The translations under genes were made by a program, and so were the position numbers. 64,000 nucleotides of DNA from an uncultured bacterium (GTDB lineage Bacteria; Zixibacteria; MSB-5A5; CAIYYT01): positions 576,001 to 640,000 of the forward strand of contig CAVSCK010000003.1 in the NCBI GenBank assembly GCA_963726455.1, read 5' to 3'. Position 1 is the first letter of the stretch; each line of letters opens with the position of its first letter. The notes below the pieces were generated by a model. That model did not search any database. It was not told where the DNA came from and saw only the letters and a program-made list of their open reading frames with translations. Positions 21,649 through 30,916 of this stretch are shown here, piece after piece.

Positions 21649-22722
21649 ATGGCCGATCAGAAAGGATTGCGACTGTGGATACGATGTGGGCTGGTGTCAA
21701 AGCAACGACGTGCCAAAGGCGCCGAATTCAAACAGGTTCCGATTCCGAAAATCACCGATAATCAGGTTCTGATCAAAGTGAAGGCCGCCTCGATCTGCGG
21801 CACCGATAAGCATATCTACAATTGGGACGCCTGGGCACAGGGACGGCTGCAATCCGCCGCTGATTTTCGGCCATGAATGTTGCGGCGAAGTTGTCGAGAT
21901 CGGCAAAGGAATCAAAGGCACTCAAAGTCGGCGACTTCATCGCCGCCGAGTCGCATATCCCCTGTGGCGTCTGCAAACAGTGCCGCATGGGCAATATGCA
22001 CATCTGCGACAATCTGGTGATTCTGGGGGTCGATACCGACGGCATTTTCGCCGAGTATGCTGCTCTGCCGGAAATCGTCTGCTGGAAGGTCGACAAGTCG
22101 CTTGATCCGGCCATCGCCTCGATCCATGAACCGTTCGGCAACGCGGTCTATGTCACCATGTCGGGGAATGTCTCGACCAAGAAGATCGCGATCATCGGTG
22201 ACGGCCCGACCGGCGCGTTTGCGTGCGGCATCGCCAAAGCCGTCGGAGCGGAGAAAATTTACACGCTCGGAATGATTCCGTTCAATCTCGATATCTGCCG
22301 CAAGATGGGCGCGCACGTCACGATCGATGTCACCAAAGACAAGGATTTCATCGAAGCGTGTCGTTGACGAAACCCATGGCGGCGTCGATGTCGTTCTCGA
22401 CATGGCCGGCAATCAGGCCGCCAACGACAGCGGCTTCAAGATGCTGCGCAAAGCGGGCACCTATGTCATGTTCGGTCTGCCATCACAGCCGGTGACACTT
22501 GATATCTCCAACTACATCATCTTCAAAGGCGCAACGGTCATTGGCATCAACGGCCGCAAGATGTTCGAGACCTGGTATCAGATGTCCGGCCTGCTCAACA
22601 GCGGTCTGGTCGATCCCTCACCGGTCATCACGCACCGTTTCCCCTTCCACGATTTCCTGAAGGCATTCGAACTCGCCACTTCAACGACCACGCCGTCGGC
22701 GAAGGTTGTGCTGGTGATGTAA
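21649..22722 (+). CDS. tdh: L-threonine 3-dehydrogenase, split by several frameshifts
   Basis: ICGTDKHIYNW, GHE, SHIPCGVCKQCRMGNMHIC, EPFGNAV, GINGRKMFETWYQM, VITHRF across three ORFs; exact start uncertain. Confidence 0.88.
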
Positions 22723-22913
22723 ATGCAGGAGCGCCTCGTTGCAAAGCACGAAGAGAGACATAATCGAACGGGCTGCGAGCGTGGATAAAAGCTCCGATTT
22801 GCTCAAGCAGACCTTTTCTCGCAGTCTCCTCCGATTTCCCGCCATTGCCACTTTCTTGGGAGATGCTTTCGAAGCTCGAATGAATAGATTCTGAATGGAT
22901 TGACAATCCAATT

Positions 22914-23837
22914 GTGCAATGCATCCTGTCACCTGACTTGGGAACGGCCGCTAACCTAGAATCTCTAATTGAGCACTCAAGTCCTGAGATTGTTAGCAGT
23001 ATCAAGCGGGAGATTAATGGTGCAGCTCCCGACTTCGACGAGAAGGTTTGGGATTACGTGACTGAAGTCGCCGCAACGATCTGGATGGCTCGTGAAGGCT
23101 ATAGCGGCACTGAGAAATTCAAACCCGTTGCAAGGAATGGCAAAGCTCCACAGAGTCCTGATTTCATTTCAAATCACAACGGGAAAAAGTGTCTGGTGGA
23201 GGCAAAACACCTGAGAGCCCCTTCCAGAGTAGAGGAGCTCTTATGGGTGCGACTTAATGCAAACTACCTGATCGCGCCTGACCTATATAGGCGTAAATTT
23301 GTCGTTCATATTAGCGATGGTGATTGCTTCGAAAATGAGTATTGCAGCACTGAGGACAGTGCAGCTTGCAGCCAGATATTTGCTCTCCTCGAAAAGGAAC
23401 TTGGAAACCAAGATTGTGGCTCAGTTCGACACCTATATGACAAAAGGTTTGATGGCGGGAAAATCCTGAACATCAGTGTCTGCATTGAATTCCGTAAGGG
23501 ACCAGATTTTGTTTGGTGTGTCAGCGCCTCCTCTCAGGTCACGACAAGCAACAAGTCACTCGAGGCGCAATCAAAGGCTGGATTTAAGGATAAGATCAGG
23601 AAAACAATAGAGAAGGGCTCATTGCAGTTGTTGTCAGCAGCGACTCCCGAGACTGGGGAGTTGGTAGTCTTCCTATGCTGGGACATACCCATGATGTACA
23701 AACAGCTTGATTGTGACTTTGAGAACGAAGTGAGTATGTACGTCAACTCAGAGTTGGCACCGGAGTATAGAGAGCAAGACGATAGGCTAAAGATCCATTT
23801 CACGGACTGGGGCAAAATACTTAACGACTTAGCTTGA
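22914..23837 (+). CDS. Hypothetical protein with a PD-(D/E)XK nuclease-like motif; true start may be near 22781 across a frameshift
   Basis: EVAA...SPDFISNHNGKKCLVEAKHL; looks more AT-rich than its flanks. Confidence 0.6.
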   Translation: MQCILSPDLGTAANLESLIEHSSPEIVSSIKREINGAAPDFDEKVWDYVTEVAATIWMAREGYSGTEKFKPVARNGKAPQSPDFISNHNGKKCLVEAKHLRAPSRVEELLWVRLNANYLIAPDLYRRKFVVHISDGDCFENEYCSTEDSAACSQIFALLEKELGNQDCGSVRHLYDKRFDGGKILNISVCIEFRKGPDFVWCVSASSQVTTSNKSLEAQSKAGFKDKIRKTIEKGSLQLLSAATPETGELVVFLCWDIPMMYKQLDCDFENEVSMYVNSELAPEYREQDDRLKIHFTDWGKILNDLA

Positions 23838-23855
23838 GGCAGCTCTTCTCCCTGC

Positions 23856-24230
23856 AACTCGGTACCCCATCCCAGCAGGTGGGAATTCCTAATACAACAG
23901 CCCCCATTCTCTCCGACATCCCCCGATGAGCGAAACGAAATTGCCTCCAGCGGGTTTTGTTAAGTCGAGAAAGCAGGAGTGATTTCTTACCCACTCGCTG
24001 TGGGGTACAAACTTACCGCCTATACACTTATGCGTAACTTTGTGAACTCAGTACCCCAGCCCAGCGGGTGGGAATTTCTGATGCATCGGCCCCCGTCCCC
24101 TGTTCATCCGGCGCGCGACAATGTAGTTGCACCGACTATAGTTTCGTAGGTTGGCGTTGCGAGTCCCATGACATTACTCGACACCCGACAACTCGCAGTC
24201 GGTTCACTGCCTCGAACTCGCAACGCGCTA
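23856..24230. repeat. Cluster of REP-like palindromic repeats
   Basis: Degenerate direct repeats AACTCrGTACCCCAkCCCAGCrGGTGGGAATT at 23856 and 24045; a shorter inverted copy at 23987-24008; inverted pair GCGTTGCGAGT/ACTCGCAACGC at about 24153 and 24216. Confidence 0.65.
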
Positions 24231-25886
24231 CTTCTTCTCCGCCGCCGCGGATTTCGACTCCTCGCGGTAAAACACCCCCATGCTTGCCGGTGCATTGTAG
24301 AGTTCCGGCTGAAGATACTTGCCCTGACGCGCTCCCGTCTTCATTTCTATTGCAGGTGCTTTGTACTTCTGGACATAGAGATCATTTCGAGTTCCTGTCA
24401 CTGTCCAGGAAACTTTCAACCCGCCGGAGCCACCACTGATCTTAAACTTGTGGCCACTAACTTCCTGTGCGATAAAAAGGTTGGGGGCTGATGCTCCGAC
24501 CGGAGTAAGCTGATACTGGAAGTCTTTCGTGATGGACTCAGCATAATCGGGAAGTGTAACCCATGCCTCACCACCTGCATCGAGAACAGCATTGCCGCGA
24601 TAGGTGTAAGTAGGTTCAGTCGATTCAACGCTGTAATTATTAATCATCTTGTTCAGGGGATCGAGCGGGTGATCCAACTGGTTGACTGCCAATCCAGAAC
24701 CACCAAATCTGCCGCCATAGTATACTCCGTAACCGTATGGACTGGGACAGTACCCAAGCACTCCGAAACCGCCCCCGACAGAATCTTCCGATAAACCTTC
24801 GAGAGCCCCAGCGTCTTGCGCAGAGACTCCGGCAAAAATTGCCATGCTGCTGCTATCACTTATCACAGTCAAAACACCAAAGAGAGGAAGCGGCTTCGTC
24901 CCGATCGCGACAGTTGTTGCGTGAATCGACAATCCGTAGTCACTGTCAAGCTCAATCCTCGCATCATAGTCCGATATGCTATCGTTCTTGAAATCGATAT
25001 AGGGCGCCCCGCCAACCATTTCCATGTAGGCGTTTGGATCACGACCGATGTGGACACCGTACGCAGTCGATGAACTTCCACCGACACTAACGTTCCCGTT
25101 TGCCGGCGCCATCGATATGCCACCGACATCAGTCGAGATGATGCCGTGAGTCCCATCATGCGATAGATCAAGAAAAGTCCCCCAGGAGTTCGTTGTTCGC
25201 CCATGAATGCGCAGTGATGCATCATAGTCCCTGACATTACTGAAGGTATTCATGAAAGAGAAGATGTGCCCCGTCGTAGCGTCGCCATCGAAGACGGCAA
25301 GGTAGTCACCGCTAAAGGAGATACGCGGTCGCTCAGCAGCCGCCGAACCATCTTTCAAGGTCAATCTCGGTCCGTTCCAATAGCTCACCGTTATCCCCCC
25401 GTTGACTTCGAGAGCACTGGTAGGCGTTGACGTACCGATACCAACATTGCCTCCGGTGTAGTAAATGCTACTACCTGATTGGGTCCAGTAGCCACTCGTA
25501 CCACCCGGGGCGTTGAGTGCGTAGGGCACGGAAGCCATAAGAATCCGCGGTGACATCTCGGGGCCGGAGCCGATTGTGATTCCGAGGTAGCGGGGAAATT
25601 CCTTGAACAGGGCTGGGTCAAAAGGATTTGCAGACCCAAGCAAGGCGGTAAACAATCCGTCTGAGGTAGTGACATTGTGTTCTTCCGTCCACAAGGCTGA
25701 ACCACCCGAAAGATCGGCATAGATTGCGAACGTCACGCTATATGTACCATTTGGCACCGGTTTGCCTGTCGCATCAGTAAGTCTGCCCTGATAGCTGATT
25801 GGTTGTGTCGGGGCCGCCTGCACCAAACCTGCGACCATGATCGAAAAACAAAACATGAGATACAGTCTGATCAATTTCGGATTCAT
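24228..25886 (-). CDS. Secreted fibre/adhesin-like protein (YQGRL N-domain; DHPLDP-type C-terminal domain)
   Basis: Signal peptide; ISYQGRLTD...PRILMASVPYAL; GNVGIGTSTP; DHPLDPLNK...VES. Confidence 0.75.
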   Translation of the reverse strand: MNPKLIRLYLMFCFSIMVAGLVQAAPTQPISYQGRLTDATGKPVPNGTYSVTFAIYADLSGGSALWTEEHNVTTSDGLFTALLGSANPFDPALFKEFPRYLGITIGSGPEMSPRILMASVPYALNAPGGTSGYWTQSGSSIYYTGGNVGIGTSTPTSALEVNGGITVSYWNGPRLTLKDGSAAAERPRISFSGDYLAVFDGDATTGHIFSFMNTFSNVRDYDASLRIHGRTTNSWGTFLDLSHDGTHGIISTDVGGISMAPANGNVSVGGSSSTAYGVHIGRDPNAYMEMVGGAPYIDFKNDSISDYDARIELDSDYGLSIHATTVAIGTKPLPLFGVLTVISDSSSMAIFAGVSAQDAGALEGLSEDSVGGGFGVLGYCPSPYGYGVYYGGRFGGSGLAVNQLDHPLDPLNKMINNYSVESTEPTYTYRGNAVLDAGGEAWVTLPDYAESITKDFQYQLTPVGASAPNLFIAQEVSGHKFKISGGSGGLKVSWTVTGTRNDLYVQKYKAPAIEMKTGARQGKYLQPELYNAPASMGVFYREESKSAAAEKK

Positions 25887-25917
25887 CGTTCCTCCGTCTC
25901 TGATACATTTGTCGCCA

Positions 25918-27690
25918 CTATTTACTGTCCGGCTTTGTCTGGTTCTGTTGTTTCTGCAACTCCTTCATCTTCGCCTCAGTCACCTGGCGCTCCAGCCTTT
26001 CCGCTTCCGCGCGCGCTTTGGCCGCCTTAAGCTCCAAGTCACGCAGATCAACCTGATACATATTCTCGTTCGTCGGCTTACCGAAGACATCGCTCGTCTC
26101 CACTTTGGTCGCTTGGTCAAAGCCCGCCGCCTCGCTGGAATTGGCCATCGCAATCACGCTACCGTACGAAGTCGGCAGATAGATCGCTGTCACTGCGGCG
26201 TCGGCGGGAGCCATATAGGCCACCCCGGTGACATATCGCGACCCTTCCATTCGGAATGTGTAAGTTCCCGCCGGTTTATAGAAAACGCGTTGCACGAAAA
26301 CGGAAAAAATCGTGCCCTGGTCGCCGCCTAATCCTACTATAGCAGTATATCCCGTTATCCGATCACCCCCGGCGGTTTCATCAATCTGAATGTAAGCTGT
26401 CTTGGTACCAGCCGGCCCACTAATGCTAACGTCGCAGCTTCCGATAACCAGTATGTAACCGCTTCCCGGCGTTGTGATCGTAGTGGTCACCAGGTCTTGC
26501 ATCGTTGCACTTGTTAATAAACTTGGCGAGGGGACTCGATTGGCCGAGATACCTGGTTCATCGAGAATTTCTCTACTGTCGATGGCGCAGTCAGGCAGAA
26601 TCACGGATGAATTCCCACTGGCTCCAGCGTCCATCCACACATTGAGCGCGTTGGTGCTGTCATTCAGCATCAGCGTACCGCCTCTGCCACCTCCGAATCC
26701 AACCGCCGACAGCAACGCCCCGCCGTAAGTGGACAAAGAGCTGTCGTACAGTACCAATAGACCAGCACCTTCCTCGCAAAGTCGAGCTCTTTCCACACCA
26801 TTAGATCCAAAGACCTGAATTTTCCTATTGTTCGGATCAACCATAACTCGGTCAGCGCCGCCGGATTGCCAGCGGCTATCGGCGGAGAAGACAACCGAAC
26901 CATTTGCCGGCGCCAACGTTATGTCCCCGACATCAGTCGACATGATACCGTGGGTCCCGTTATGCGTCAGATCAAGAGAGGTGCCCCAGGAGTTTGTTGT
27001 TCGCCCGTGAACGCGTAGTATTGCATCATAGTTTCTGACATTGCTGAAGGTGTTCATGAATGAAAAGACGTGCGCGGTTGAGGTGTCGCCATCAAAGATC
27101 GCCAGGAAATCGCCGCTAAAGGAGATACGCGGTCGCTCCTGCCCAACGTGGTTATCTTTCAGAGTCAATCTCGGCCCGTCAACTTTGCTTATAGTTGCGC
27201 TGCCATTGACCTCCAACACGTCGCCGGGAGTTGACGTGCCGATTCCGACATTACCACCATTGTAGTAAATACTGCTGCCGGACTGCAGCCAATACCCAGT
27301 CGTACCACTCGTGGCATTTAACGCATAAGGCACGGAACCCATAAGAATTCTTGGCGTCATTTCCGGGCCGGCACCAATCGTGATTCCGAGATAACGAGGG
27401 TACACTGAGAACAAACTCGGGTCAAACGGAGTCATCGATCCGAGCATCGCCGTAAACAATCCGCTCGAAGTGGTGACCGTATGACTTTCCGTCCACAAGG
27501 CTGAACCACCCTCAGAATCGGCGTAGATTGCGAATGTTACGCCGTAGTTGCCGTTGGCAACCGGATTGCCCAAACTGTTTGTAAGGCGGCCCTGGTAGCT
27601 GATCGGTGGAATTGACGCGGCCAGAATCGCCGTCGCCCAAAACGCAAACAGCGCGCAGATAACGATAATGCGATACCTGAATGATGACAT
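25918..27690 (-). CDS. Secreted fibre/adhesin-like protein (YQGRL N-domain; C-terminal coiled coil)
   Basis: GGAGG then MSSFRYR; N-terminal ~240 aa closely similar to 24228..25886; ends RDLELKAAKARAEAERLERQ. Confidence 0.75.
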   Translation of the reverse strand: MSSFRYRIIVICALFAFWATAILAASIPPISYQGRLTNSLGNPVANGNYGVTFAIYADSEGGSALWTESHTVTTSSGLFTAMLGSMTPFDPSLFSVYPRYLGITIGAGPEMTPRILMGSVPYALNATSGTTGYWLQSGSSIYYNGGNVGIGTSTPGDVLEVNGSATISKVDGPRLTLKDNHVGQERPRISFSGDFLAIFDGDTSTAHVFSFMNTFSNVRNYDAILRVHGRTTNSWGTSLDLTHNGTHGIMSTDVGDITLAPANGSVVFSADSRWQSGGADRVMVDPNNRKIQVFGSNGVERARLCEEGAGLLVLYDSSLSTYGGALLSAVGFGGGRGGTLMLNDSTNALNVWMDAGASGNSSVILPDCAIDSREILDEPGISANRVPSPSLLTSATMQDLVTTTITTPGSGYILVIGSCDVSISGPAGTKTAYIQIDETAGGDRITGYTAIVGLGGDQGTIFSVFVQRVFYKPAGTYTFRMEGSRYVTGVAYMAPADAAVTAIYLPTSYGSVIAMANSSEAAGFDQATKVETSDVFGKPTNENMYQVDLRDLELKAAKARAEAERLERQVTEAKMKELQKQQNQTKPDSK

Positions 27691-28080
27691 AACGCCTCCG
27701 GTGTATGAAAAGAGCAGAATTATTATCAGAAGCAGGTCGGTCGCCGATTTGAGGACAAGACCCCTATCTTTAATATCGGCAATATGAGCAAATAAGGCAA
27801 ACGTTATTCTGATTGTCGCTGCCTCCCTGTACATGGTTTCGCAGGTCAGCGCTCCCAACCATAGCGCAATTGAAAACCGACTTATTCCCTCCCGCTTCAC
27901 CAAATCAACGACTCGTCTCTCTGCTATTGCCTTGACTTTCTCGCGTCTAAAATTATATTGGACTTGTCTATCTAGGTATTGTTGCCAAAAAAGGTCGTGG
28001 AGTTTGAACTGCCGTTCATGTCCCCGCCCGGGGCGCCACAATCTGCCGAAAGATCATCCGCAGATCAAAGGAGTAACCAT

Positions 28081-30057
28081 ATGAAACTCACACTATCACT
28101 CTGTCTGGCCCTGTCGATTCTCATGCTGACTTGGGCATCACTGACGTTCGGCGCGGTGCCGCAGTCAATCAACTATCAGGGCCGGCTCACCAACGCCGTC
28201 GGCGCTCCGGTGAATGACACAGTTAGTCTGGTGTTTACGATCTGTAGCGACTCCCTATGTGCCAAGACTCTCTGGACTGAAACGCAGAACGACATCATAA
28301 TAACCGACGGGATTTTTGCGGTCCGGCTCGGATCGATCAACCCGATCACACCGGACGCATTCGGGGGCGGGACGCGCTGGCTTTCAATTTCGCTGCATGG
28401 ACAGACTGTTAACCGACGTCTGCCGCTGGTGAGCGTTCCCTATGCCTATCAATCTGTAACGGCCGACACGGCTGATTACGCCAGGAACGCCGGTGCATCC
28501 GACTGCGCCGGGTGCAATGAAATCTTCGTGAATACCATCGGTCCCGACAGTGTCTACGCTTCTTCCGGGACCGCTTTTCTCGCGAAAACGGAAGCTAGCG
28601 CCGGCGATTACGCGTACGGTGTTAGAGGTATCGCATCCAACAGCTCCGGTGGCACGGCTTTCGGAGGCGCCTTCTCATCTCTCAATATTGGCACCGGCGT
28701 TCATTATGGTGTCTACGGCGAGGCACTCGGCGTCGCCGCCGGTCAAGCGTATGGTGTTTCCGGTGTAGCCACAAATTCGTCATCGGGTGAGACTTATGGC
28801 GGCCGCTTCTGGACCCTCGCCGGCGGCACAGGTTCCCATACCGGTGTTCGGTCCGAGGCCTTCGCTGCCTCCGCCGCTCCAACTTGGGGCGTCAGTTCCT
28901 GGGCTCGCAACACATCATCGGGTCTGACTTACGGTGGCCGTTTCGAAGTCGACGCCGCCGGCTCCGGCGCCCATTACGGAGTCTATTCGACTTCTGCCGG
29001 TTCGACCGATGTTACAACTTACGGTATCTACGGCAGCGCCGAGAATTCCTCTACCGGCGACGCCTACTCAGGATATTTCCTCACCTCCATTAATGGGACG
29101 GGCAGACACTTCGGTGTTGACGCAAATGCCTATTGCAACTCCGAATCTGAAGCTTACGGCGTGAACGGAATGGCCCAAAACAATTCCACCGGCGACGCCT
29201 ATGGCGGATACTTCTCGACCACGGCTTATGGAACTGGTCTTCATTATGGGGTTAAAGGCATCGGGCGCACTGGAGCGTCACCGGAAGTCTACGGGGTTGT
29301 TGGTGAGGGATCGAATACCTCCAGCGGCGCCGCTTTCGGAGGCATCTTCGCTACCGATACACTCGGCACTGGTCACCACACCGGCATCTATGCCCGGGCT
29401 GACGGCTCCTCCGAATCTACTATGTCCGGCGTGGTTGGCATCGCCATGAATTCGTCCACCGGCATTTCCTACGGTGGTCGCTTCTTGACATTTGGTGACA
29501 GTCCCGGCCAGAAGATTGGTGTCTACGCATCTTGTCCGACTGCTTCCGAGCCGGGAATCAATTTCGCCGGATTCTTTGACGGGCCCGTGATCGTCATGAA
29601 TAATTTTCAGGTAATGGGCACCAAGAGCGCCGTGGTTGGCGTTGGCAATCAAGAATACCGCTCCGTCTATTGCCAGGAATCGCCCGAAAACTGGTTTGAG
29701 GATTTTGGTGAGGGACGGCTAGTCAACGGTCGCGCTCATATCGACCTCGATCCGGTGTACTTGCAGACAGTCACCATCGACGCCAATCATCCCATGAAAG
29801 TTTTCGTGCAGCTCGAGGGCGACTGCCGTGGCGTGTATGTATCGAAAAGTACGACCGGCTTCGACGTGAACGAACTTCAGGGCGGCACCAGCGGCGTTGC
29901 ATTTTCCTACCGCGTTGTAGCGAAGCGAAAGGGTTATGAGGATCTTCGACTGGCAACAACGAAAGTCATTTCGCCCGATGTGAGACAGGCCATGCAAAAC
30001 CAGGGCCTTACTAACGTACCTAAGGCGATTTCCGAAAGACCCTCGCAAGACGAGTGA
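28081..30057 (+). CDS. Secreted fibre-like protein with 45-aa beta repeats and phage-tail-type ESPENWFEDFG C-terminal domain
   Basis: AAGGAG RBS; INYQGRLTN; seven Gly-rich 45-aa repeats; TKSAVV...YCQESPENWFEDFGEG...FSYRVVAKRKGY. Confidence 0.78.
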   Translation: MKLTLSLCLALSILMLTWASLTFGAVPQSINYQGRLTNAVGAPVNDTVSLVFTICSDSLCAKTLWTETQNDIIITDGIFAVRLGSINPITPDAFGGGTRWLSISLHGQTVNRRLPLVSVPYAYQSVTADTADYARNAGASDCAGCNEIFVNTIGPDSVYASSGTAFLAKTEASAGDYAYGVRGIASNSSGGTAFGGAFSSLNIGTGVHYGVYGEALGVAAGQAYGVSGVATNSSSGETYGGRFWTLAGGTGSHTGVRSEAFAASAAPTWGVSSWARNTSSGLTYGGRFEVDAAGSGAHYGVYSTSAGSTDVTTYGIYGSAENSSTGDAYSGYFLTSINGTGRHFGVDANAYCNSESEAYGVNGMAQNNSTGDAYGGYFSTTAYGTGLHYGVKGIGRTGASPEVYGVVGEGSNTSSGAAFGGIFATDTLGTGHHTGIYARADGSSESTMSGVVGIAMNSSTGISYGGRFLTFGDSPGQKIGVYASCPTASEPGINFAGFFDGPVIVMNNFQVMGTKSAVVGVGNQEYRSVYCQESPENWFEDFGEGRLVNGRAHIDLDPVYLQTVTIDANHPMKVFVQLEGDCRGVYVSKSTTGFDVNELQGGTSGVAFSYRVVAKRKGYEDLRLATTKVISPDVRQAMQNQGLTNVPKAISERPSQDE

Positions 30058-30112
30058 AGGCATCCAGCCGCCTATAGTCGTTGAGATGAAGCGTGCAATT
30101 ACTGGGTATCTG

Positions 30113-30137
30113 GTCTCCCATCCCAGCGGCTGGGAGT
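30113..30137 (+). repeat. Further copy of the 23.9-kb REP-like repeat
   Basis: GTCTCCCATCCCAGCGGCTGGGAGT versus GTACCCCATCCCAGCAGGTGGGAAT. Confidence 0.5.
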
Positions 30138-30225
30138 ATTCCACACATCTGGCCCACTAACTCACAACCACTCACCTGCTTCTGACGTACCATATCCAAA
30201 ACTCGGAACCCGGAAAGGATTTTCC

Positions 30226-30735
30226 ATGCCGAACATAACCGCTCCATTTATCATCGAACTCGATCACGAAGCCGCAACAACCCGCAGACTCCTCGAACGA
30301 GTGCCATTAGACAAATTCGACTGGCAACCGCATCCGACCTCGCGGAAACTGGGAATTCTGGCCGCACATGTCGCCGAGACATCGGGCTTCTTCGCGGACG
30401 TGCTGGCTAATGACGATTTCGATATGGCCAATCTGAAATACACTCCCCCTGAAGCACACAGCACTCCCGAACTGCTGTCACAATTTGATCAGAGCATGAA
30501 GGCATCCAACAAGTTTCTCTCCGATTTGAGCGACGAGCGGGCAATGACCGTCTGGAGCTTTCGCATGAGCGGTAAAGTGCTGTTCGCAGCTCCGCGAATC
30601 GCGCTGGTGCGGTCATTGATGTTCAGTCACTGGATCCATCACCGCGGCCAATTGTCCGTGTATTTGCGCATGCTCGGTGTGCCGATTCCTTCGATATACG
30701 GCCCCAGTGGCGACGAAAATCCGTTTGCAGCGTAA
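30226..30735 (+). CDS. DinB family protein
   Basis: TTRRLLERVP, LAAHVAE, HWIHHRGQLSVYLRMLGVPIPSIYGPS. Confidence 0.92.
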   Translation: MPNITAPFIIELDHEAATTRRLLERVPLDKFDWQPHPTSRKLGILAAHVAETSGFFADVLANDDFDMANLKYTPPEAHSTPELLSQFDQSMKASNKFLSDLSDERAMTVWSFRMSGKVLFAAPRIALVRSLMFSHWIHHRGQLSVYLRMLGVPIPSIYGPSGDENPFAA

Positions 30736-30786
30736 CCGCCGGACTTGACCCTGCCCCAGGCATATGTGACCAGTCTTCCCGCTACT

Positions 30787-30850
30787 TCGTGAACTTTTTC
30801 ACAAAATCTTCGGCGCTACCCTTGCCGCCGGAAGGCGCAGATGCTATATT
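30787..30850 (+). promoter_or_regulatory. Promoter of the acs-acp-kbl operon with an upstream Rex/CRP-like palindrome
   Basis: TCGTGAACTTTTTCACAA (30787-30804); TTGCCG(30822)-17 nt-TATATT(30845) with extended -10 TG. Confidence 0.6.
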
Positions 30851-30916
30851 GGCGCGAATTCCCGGCCAGGAAAAATGCCGGGAAGTGGCGTGGCTATTTC
30901 GCGAGGAGGAATCTAC

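Noticed and set aside
23856-24094. Possible CRISPR or attachment-site repeats
   Set aside because: Degenerate, mixed orientation and irregular spacing; better explained as REP-like elements.
24228-27690. Diversity-generating retroelement or prophage tail module
   Set aside because: No reverse transcriptase, no adenine-specific TR/VR pair and no phage structural or integrase genes were seen; the proteins have signal peptides.
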